Part shown: positions 22,855 through 32,000 of the stretch, one piece after another
How the letters are laid out: the number at the start of each line of letters is the position of its first letter
Position numbering within the stretch: the first letter of the stretch is position 1
Source of the DNA: Mycolicibacterium smegmatis
GTDB lineage: Bacteria; Actinomycetota; Actinomycetes; Mycobacteriales; Mycobacteriaceae
DNA: 32,000 bases
Direction: 5' to 3'
NCBI RefSeq assembly: GCF_001457595.1
Contig: NZ_LN831039.1
Span: forward strand, 4,230,001-4,262,000
The notes under the pieces: generated by a model
The model's input: the letters and a program-made list of their open reading frames with translations, nothing else
The model's database searches: none
What the model was told of the DNA's origin: nothing
Program-made: the position numbers and the translations under genes

Positions 22855-24309
22855 TCAGTGCCCCAGCGCTTCGGCGTGCATGTCCTCCAGATTCTTACCC
22901 CTGGTCTCCTCCACCCACTTGCTCACGAAGAGGAACGACAGCACCGCACACAGCGCATAGAAGCCGTAGGCCAGGCCCAGGTGGTTGCGCAGCTCGGGGA
23001 AGCTGACGGTGATCAACCAGTTCGCGGCCCACTGCCCGGCCGCCGCCAGGCCCAGCGCGGCCGCACGGAAGCGGTTGGGGAACATCTCCCCCAGCAGCAC
23101 CCAGACCACCGGCCCCCACGACATACCGAAAGCGACCACGAACAGGTTCGCCGCGATGAGTGCGATCAAGCCGGACGCGCCGGGCAGATCGGGCGTGCCG
23201 TCGGGTTTGACCGTGGCGTTGGCGAAGATGACCGCCATGGTGGCCAGCGTGACCGCCATCCCCGCCGAACCGATCAGCAGGAGCGGTTTGCGGCCGATCT
23301 TGTCGATCAGCGCGATCGCGATCAACGTCGTCAGCACGTTGACCACCGACGTGATCACGGTGTAGATCGCGGACTGGTCGGCGCTGAAACCGACGGCCTG
23401 CCACAGCACATTCGAGTAGTAGAAGATCACGTTGATACCGACGAACTGCTGGAAGATCGACAGGCCCAGACCGACCCACACGATCCCGTAGATCCCGCCG
23501 GTGGGCTTCTTCAGATCGCGCCACGACGGTTTGTCCTCGCGCTCAAGGGTGTCGCGGATACGCGTGATGGTGATCTCCAGGTTCTTCTGCCCGAGCAGCA
23601 TGCTCAGCACCCGGCGCGCTTCTGGGATCTTGTGTGTGGCAACGAGATAACGCGGCGACTCGGGAATCGTGAACGCGAGCGCCCCGTACACGACGGCCGG
23701 CACGGCCATCGCGAGGAACATCCAGCGCCACGCGTCGAGTCCCATCGCCAGCACCTCGTTGGGACCGCCCGCCGCCCACTGCAACAGCCAGTTGACCGCG
23801 AAGGACGCGAAGATGCCCAACACGATGGCGAGTTGCTGGAGCGATCCGAGACGTCCCCGGATTCCCGGCGGCGACGTCTCTGCGATGTAGGCGGGCGCGA
23901 TCACCGACGCCACACCCACACCGACACCGCCGATGATGCGGAACACCACCAAGCTGATGGTCTCGGGTGAGAAACCCGATCCGAAGGCGCTGATGAGAAA
24001 CAACACCGCGGCGATCTTCATCACCGCGATGCGCCCGATGCGGTCGGCGATACGGCCGGCCGACAGTGCGCCTGCGGCAGCACCCAGCAGCGCCGACGCC
24101 ACCGCGAGTCCCAGGGCGTAGTTGCCGATGCCGAAGTCCTCTTGGATGGAGTCCACGGCACCGTTGATCACGGCGCTGTCGTAGCCGAACAGGAGACCGC
24201 CGAGGGCCGCGACCGCCGCGATCCGGACCGCGGTGCGACCGGAGGAGGCCGCCTGATCGTCGTCACCGAAGATCGACGGAGTGTCGTCGCTTACCGGACC
24301 GTGTGACAT
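22855..24309 (-). CDS. sugar-porter-family MFS transporter, 484 aa
   Basis: Sugar-porter signatures are present: GGLLFGYDSAVINGA, GRIADRIGR, PESPRYL, the GR-K motif in loop 8-9 (DKIGRKPLL), and PNRFRAAALG plus VEETRGKNLE near the C-terminus. ATG at 24309 is preferred over the upstream GTG at 24351. Confidence 0.9.
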   Translation of the reverse strand: MSHGPVSDDTPSIFGDDDQAASSGRTAVRIAAVAALGGLLFGYDSAVINGAVDSIQEDFGIGNYALGLAVASALLGAAAGALSAGRIADRIGRIAVMKIAAVLFLISAFGSGFSPETISLVVFRIIGGVGVGVASVIAPAYIAETSPPGIRGRLGSLQQLAIVLGIFASFAVNWLLQWAAGGPNEVLAMGLDAWRWMFLAMAVPAVVYGALAFTIPESPRYLVATHKIPEARRVLSMLLGQKNLEITITRIRDTLEREDKPSWRDLKKPTGGIYGIVWVGLGLSIFQQFVGINVIFYYSNVLWQAVGFSADQSAIYTVITSVVNVLTTLIAIALIDKIGRKPLLLIGSAGMAVTLATMAVIFANATVKPDGTPDLPGASGLIALIAANLFVVAFGMSWGPVVWVLLGEMFPNRFRAAALGLAAAGQWAANWLITVSFPELRNHLGLAYGFYALCAVLSFLFVSKWVEETRGKNLEDMHAEALGH

Positions 24310-24397
24310 GATGCGCCCTCTCGGCAGGAGAGTGATACCGATCACATTCACAATGGCACACCGCGGTCACCCGCATGGCCGTATCCGGTGGGCTGTT

Positions 24398-25075
24398 TCA
24401 GGCGCTCAGGCGCTCTGGACCCAGCTCGGCATGGATTGCGCGCAGATCGTCGACCCCGAGCAGGCTCAGCGACTCCACCTGCTTGCGGCGCGGGCCGTGC
24501 GGCACCGCCACGTCGTTGGGGATCACCAGCACCGGGCAGCCCGCGGCCTCGGCCGCCGTCGTACCGGTCACGGAGTCCTCGACCGCCAGGCAGCGCGCGA
24601 CGGGCACGCCGAGCAGTTCGGCGGCACGCAGATACGGATCCGGCGCGGGCTTGCCGCTGGGCACCTCGTCGCCGCATACGCTCACCGAAAAGTAATGGCG
24701 CCCAATGCTGTTCAGCGCACGCTCGGCGAGATCGCGTCGGGTGTTGGTCACCAGCGCCATCGGGACCTCGGCAGCGACCAGCGCATCGAGCATCTCCTGC
24801 GCACCCGGTCGCCACGGCAAGCCCTGTTCGAACAACTCACCGGTGTAGGCATGCAGCCAGTCCGCAGATTCCGCCATCGCCGCGGGATCGGGTTCGAGCC
24901 CGATGTCCTCGTAGACGATGCGCATCACCGTTTCCGATGAACCACCGACCGTCGATTCCCGCACCTCCGGCGTGAGCACCGCGCCCATCCGCGCATACAG
25001 CGCGTGCATCGAGATGTCCCACAGCTTTTCGGAGTCGACCAGGGTGCCGTCCATGTCCCACAACACCGCCAGCAT
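24398..25075 (-). CDS. HAD-superfamily hydrolase (subfamily IA-like), 225 aa
   Basis: Motif I WDMDGTLVDSE, motif II LVTNT, motif III GKPAPDPY and motif IV VEDSVTG. The start is taken at ATG 25075. The longer track ORF (to 25294) would overlap the divergent NmrA-like gene. Confidence 0.85.
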   Translation of the reverse strand: MLAVLWDMDGTLVDSEKLWDISMHALYARMGAVLTPEVRESTVGGSSETVMRIVYEDIGLEPDPAAMAESADWLHAYTGELFEQGLPWRPGAQEMLDALVAAEVPMALVTNTRRDLAERALNSIGRHYFSVSVCGDEVPSGKPAPDPYLRAAELLGVPVARCLAVEDSVTGTTAAEAAGCPVLVIPNDVAVPHGPRRKQVESLSLLGVDDLRAIHAELGPERLSA

Positions 25076-25151
25076 GTTCTCGATTGTGTCAGGCCCCGAC
25101 GCTTTAGTCACATCAGCGACAGCGCAGGACACCTGTCTTACCTTGGAAATC

Positions 25152-25946
25152 ATGACGATTCTTGTGACCGGCGCCACCGGGAACATCGGCCGACGCATCG
25201 TGGATCGACTGGTCGAGTTGGGAGCCAACGACATCCGTGCATTGACAAAGAATCCGGCGAAAGCGAATCTGCCCGCTGGTGTGAGCGTTTTCACGGGCTA
25301 TCTCGGCGCCGTCGCATCGCTGGACGGCGTGTTCGACGGTGTGGACCGCATGTACCTGGCACCCCTGACACAGACTCTCGACGCGACGCTCGAACTCATC
25401 CGGCGGGCCGGCGTCGGCTACGTCGTCGCGCTGTCGGGCGGTGCGCACTGGGCCGAGCACGCCGGCAAGGTGCGCGCCTCGGGTGTGGCCCACACACAAC
25501 TGGGACCGGGCGAGTTCCTCGACAACTTCACGATCTGGGCCGACCAGATCAAACAGACGGGGACCGTCCGCGAGCCCTACCCCGACGTCGTCGAGGCCCC
25601 GATCAGCATGGACGACATCGCCCGCGTCGCCGCGGCGCTGCTCGTCGAGCCCGCACACCGGGGACAGATGCTCGAACTCACCGGCCCCGAGGCGCTGAGC
25701 CGCGCCGAGATCGCCGCGCAGATCGGCGTCGGCATCGGACGCACCGTCACGTTCGAGACGTGCACGCACGACGAGGCGGTCGCCCTGCTGACGCCCGTCA
25801 TGGGCGACGCCGCGACTTGGTACTACGACCTGGTGCGCTCCCGCGTCGAACCGCAACGTGCCAACCGGATCGTCGACGAGATCACCGGAACACCGGCGGA
25901 GGCGGTCCCGCAGTGGGCGGCCCGCAACGCCGGATTGTTCGGGTAG
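25152..25946 (+). CDS. NmrA-like / atypical SDR NAD(P)-binding protein, 264 aa
   Basis: MTILVTGATGNIGRRIVDRLVELG Rossmann motif at the N-terminus, with ATG at 25152. Confidence 0.8.
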   Translation: MTILVTGATGNIGRRIVDRLVELGANDIRALTKNPAKANLPAGVSVFTGYLGAVASLDGVFDGVDRMYLAPLTQTLDATLELIRRAGVGYVVALSGGAHWAEHAGKVRASGVAHTQLGPGEFLDNFTIWADQIKQTGTVREPYPDVVEAPISMDDIARVAAALLVEPAHRGQMLELTGPEALSRAEIAAQIGVGIGRTVTFETCTHDEAVALLTPVMGDAATWYYDLVRSRVEPQRANRIVDEITGTPAEAVPQWAARNAGLFG

Positions 25947-25949
25947 CGC

Positions 25950-29690
<3,741 letters not shown>

Positions 29691-29697
29691 GTGCACT

Positions 29698-29714
29698 CCT
29701 TCCGTAGCGGAAGG
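29698..29714 (-). promoter_or_regulatory. 7-bp/3-nt-loop hairpin whose 3' arm is the metH Shine-Dalgarno sequence
   Basis: The mRNA sense reads CCUUCCG-CUA-CGGAAGG-agugcac-AUG, so the 3' arm CGGAAGG forms most of the SD GGAAGGAG. Confidence 0.45.
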
Positions 29715-30164
29715 CGTCCTTGACTTCGTCGAGCGTGGCGGACTCCGGCGAGGACCGGGATCCGTTGCAACGCCTCTCGACGGGGAAAGTCTACGTCGTC
29801 ATCCGATCGACGTCTGGACGCCCAACCCGTAGCTGTGATCCACCCCGCCCCCAAGGGAACGCCCGCGCCCGGCCGACGGTTCACGATCGGCGGCGGAGGT
29901 AGCGGCACAGGCGGTGTTACCAAGGGCAAAACAGATTGCAGCAGAAAGTATTTCGTCTCGTCTATGGGGCGCCGGTCAACAGGGGACGGTCAGCCCGTCG
30001 TGGCGCCGTCGCATACAGCATCCGCGTCGCATGGCCCTCACACAGGTGGCGGTGCGGTGCGTGGAAGTGTCAGAGGCGGTCACATCGCCAGAGTAGTCCG
30101 TCCATTCGACAAACCGGGTCGCGCAACCGTCTCGACGGCACGTCGAAGGGCTTACGCTGGCAGT

Positions 30165-31043
30165 GTGACATCGTCGTATCCCCCCGTCGGCCGGCCCGCC
30201 GACCTGCCCGAACTGGAGAACGCCATCGTCGTGGCGGCGTTCGAGGGCTGGAATGACGCCGGTGACGCGGCAAGTGACGCGCTGGACCATCTGGATGCGA
30301 TCTGGGAAGCCGAGACGATCGTCGAGATCGATGACGAGTCGTATTACGACTATCAGGTCAACCGACCGGTGATCCGCCAGGTCGACGGCGTGACGCGCGA
30401 GCTCGTGTGGCCGTCGATGCGGATCTCGTACTGCCGCCCGCCGGGCAGTGACCGTGACGTGGTGCTCATGCACGGCGTCGAACCGAACATGCGCTGGCGG
30501 ACCTTCTGTGCCGAACTGCTCGCGATCGCCGACAAGCTCAACGTGCAGACCGTGGTGATCCTCGGCGCGCTGCTGGCCGATACGCCCCACACCCGCCCCG
30601 TGCCGGTGTCAGGGGCCGCGTACTCGGCCGAGTCGGCCAAGTTCTTCGGCCTCGAAGAGACCCGCTACGAGGGCCCGACCGGGATCGCCGGGGTGTTCCA
30701 GGACGCGTGCGTGCAGGCCGGGATCCCGGCGGTGACGTTCTGGGCCGCGATCCCCCACTACGTGTCACAGCCGCCGAACCCCAAGGCGACGGTCGCGTTG
30801 CTGCAGCGGGTCGAGGACGTCCTCGACGTCGAGGTGCCGCTGGCCGACCTGCCGCAGCAGGCCGAGGAGTGGGAGGCCGCGGTCACCGAGATGACGGCCG
30901 AGGACGAGGAGATCGCCGAGTACGTCACCTCGCTGGAGCAGCGCGGCGACGCCGAGGTCGACCTGCACGAGGTGTTGGGCAAGATCGACGGCGACGCGCT
31001 GGCGGCGGAGTTCGAGCGCTACCTGCGGCGCAGGGGCCGCTAG
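30165..31043 (+). CDS. PAC2 (proteasome assembly chaperone 2-like) family protein, 292 aa; positional equivalent of M. tuberculosis Rv2125
   Basis: GTG at 30165 gives (M)TSSYPPVGRPADLPELENAIVVAAFEGWNDAGDAAS...VLMHGVEPNMRW...YEGPTGIAGV. This pattern is typical of actinobacterial PAC2 proteins. It lies divergent from metH, as in M. tuberculosis. The 110-codon upstream extension in the track is Gly/Arg-rich and I rejected it. Confidence 0.85.
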   Translation: MTSSYPPVGRPADLPELENAIVVAAFEGWNDAGDAASDALDHLDAIWEAETIVEIDDESYYDYQVNRPVIRQVDGVTRELVWPSMRISYCRPPGSDRDVVLMHGVEPNMRWRTFCAELLAIADKLNVQTVVILGALLADTPHTRPVPVSGAAYSAESAKFFGLEETRYEGPTGIAGVFQDACVQAGIPAVTFWAAIPHYVSQPPNPKATVALLQRVEDVLDVEVPLADLPQQAEEWEAAVTEMTAEDEEIAEYVTSLEQRGDAEVDLHEVLGKIDGDALAAEFERYLRRRGR

Positions 31044-32000
31044 ATCTTCTCGGGCTTGGGTGCCTGCCACGTGCCGTTGAGCGCGTCCGGCTTGGGCCAG
31101 TAGAGCCGCAGGACCAGCGTGAACGGCCCCTTGGGCGCGGGCAGCCAGTTGGCCTCGTTCTCCGGTGGCTGGGTGTTCTGGATGCGCAGCGTGTAGGCGC
31201 CGTCCGGGTCGGGCACCAGGCTGGGCAGCATCTCGGAGTTGATCAGGTACCGGTCGATGGGATTGTCGACGAGTTGGCTGGACGGCAGCTCGTACATGGT
31301 CAGCGACCAGAACGCGTTGACAGGCGGCAACTGATCGGGCGCGAACCGGTAGGTGTAGGAGTTGGTGCCGGTCAGCGGCTGTCCGTCGGCGTCGAGCATC
31401 GCCGACGGGTACAGGGCCTCGGCCGCGGTGTTGCCGTAGATGCCCAGGACCGCGCCGGCCATGCGATACAGGTAGTTGCCCTTGAGGTCGTCGGCCGTGC
31501 CGAACAACTGCGCCGACCCGACCTCGCCGGTGTCCACCTTGTCCTGCTTGAACCGGTCGAACTCGACCCACGCGTTGGCCATACCGTCCTCGATCGCCTC
31601 GCGGGTCTCAGGGCTCAGCTTGTCTGCGTCGAAATCACCGTCGGGCCCGATCCCGATGCGCGCGAAACGGTCGCGCATCTCCTGCTCCTCGGGCTTGACC
31701 GGGGCGAACCGCAGCGCGGCGTTGAGGATCTCGAAGAACTGCGGCGAGGTCTTCTGCGCCTCGGGCGTCAGGGGCGGGGTGAAGTCGATGGGCGGGGCCG
31801 CGGGCGGCGACGACTGCTTGAGATACACCGACAGTGGCGCCACCTGATAGCCGGCCTGGATCTTCTTGACGTTGTCCAGGTCACGCGGTCCGAACAGTTG
31901 CGTGCGGTACAGCACGAACGCCAGGTCGGTGTCGGAGCGGATGATCTGGTCGACCCCCTCGGGTTTCTCACCCTCCCAGCCCGGCCCGGCCAGCAGGTAC
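31040..32000 (-). CDS. DUF1254/DUF1214-domain protein; 5' end off the window
   Basis: The C-terminal part reads NAFWSLTMYELPSSQLVDNPIDRYLINSEML...DGAYTLRIQN...NWLPAPKGPFTLVLRLYWPK, which is the DUF1214 pattern. The frame stays open upstream of the track's GTG (31915) to position 31999 (...YLLAGPGWEGEKPEGVDQIIRSDTDLAFVLYRTQ). Confidence 0.8.
   Translation of the reverse strand, partial: YLLAGPGWEGEKPEGVDQIIRSDTDLAFVLYRTQLFGPRDLDNVKKIQAGYQVAPLSVYLKQSSPPAAPPIDFTPPLTPEAQKTSPQFFEILNAALRFAPVKPEEQEMRDRFARIGIGPDGDFDADKLSPETREAIEDGMANAWVEFDRFKQDKVDTGEVGSAQLFGTADDLKGNYLYRMAGAVLGIYGNTAAEALYPSAMLDADGQPLTGTNSYTYRFAPDQLPPVNAFWSLTMYELPSSQLVDNPIDRYLINSEMLPSLVPDPDGAYTLRIQNTQPPENEANWLPAPKGPFTLVLRLYWPKPDALNGTWQAPKPEKI

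Noticed and set aside
29697-29960. A cobalamin riboswitch upstream of metH.
   Set aside because: I looked on the mRNA strand for a B12 box (GCCACUG-type core) and the usual GGUG..AAxxCC elements and did not find them. In mycobacteria the known B12 riboswitches control metE and other genes, not metH. This is kept only as something for cmscan to exclude.

Overview
This is a high-GC actinobacterial chromosome segment. Its core gene order is mycobacterial: hisG-hisE ... metH / PAC2, as in M. tuberculosis Rv2121c-Rv2125. I see three blocks. (1) 1-14.7 kb is an accessory catabolic island around a PucR-family regulator. A minus-strand operon runs GMC oxidoreductase -> OYE/4Fe-4S/FAD reductase -> MFS transporter -> HisD paralogue -> VOC protein -> aspartase-family lyase. 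A divergent plus-strand unit carries a ThDP enzyme, a possible 55-aa membrane ORF and an aldo/keto reductase. A second, diverged GMC paralogue closes the island. (2) 14.7-18.3 kb is a gene-poor, AT-richer junction. It holds an IS3-family element (15295-18104) whose orfB is split inside the DDE motif by a complete IS30-family element (15634-17088, 28-bp IRs, 3-bp TSD). The IS3 element has no target-site duplication. It sits between two about 90%-identical AT-rich repeat modules built from ATGACAT and TGGGATT/ATTGGG motifs. (3) 18.3-32 kb starts with a probably leaderless ArsR-SRPBCC-WrbA-like operon. This converges, with a 35-bp overlap, on a DUF4126 membrane protein plus an RclA-like pyridine-nucleotide-disulfide oxidoreductase. 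Core genes follow: hisG, hisE, a sugar porter, a HAD hydrolase, an NmrA-like protein, metH, a PAC2 protein and a partial DUF1214 protein. The metH leader contains a hairpin that buries its Shine-Dalgarno sequence. I found no rRNA, tRNA or CRISPR array. All functional calls come from reading motifs in the translations and no database search was possible. The many long antisense or alternate-frame ORFs in the track are treated as high-GC shadow ORFs.
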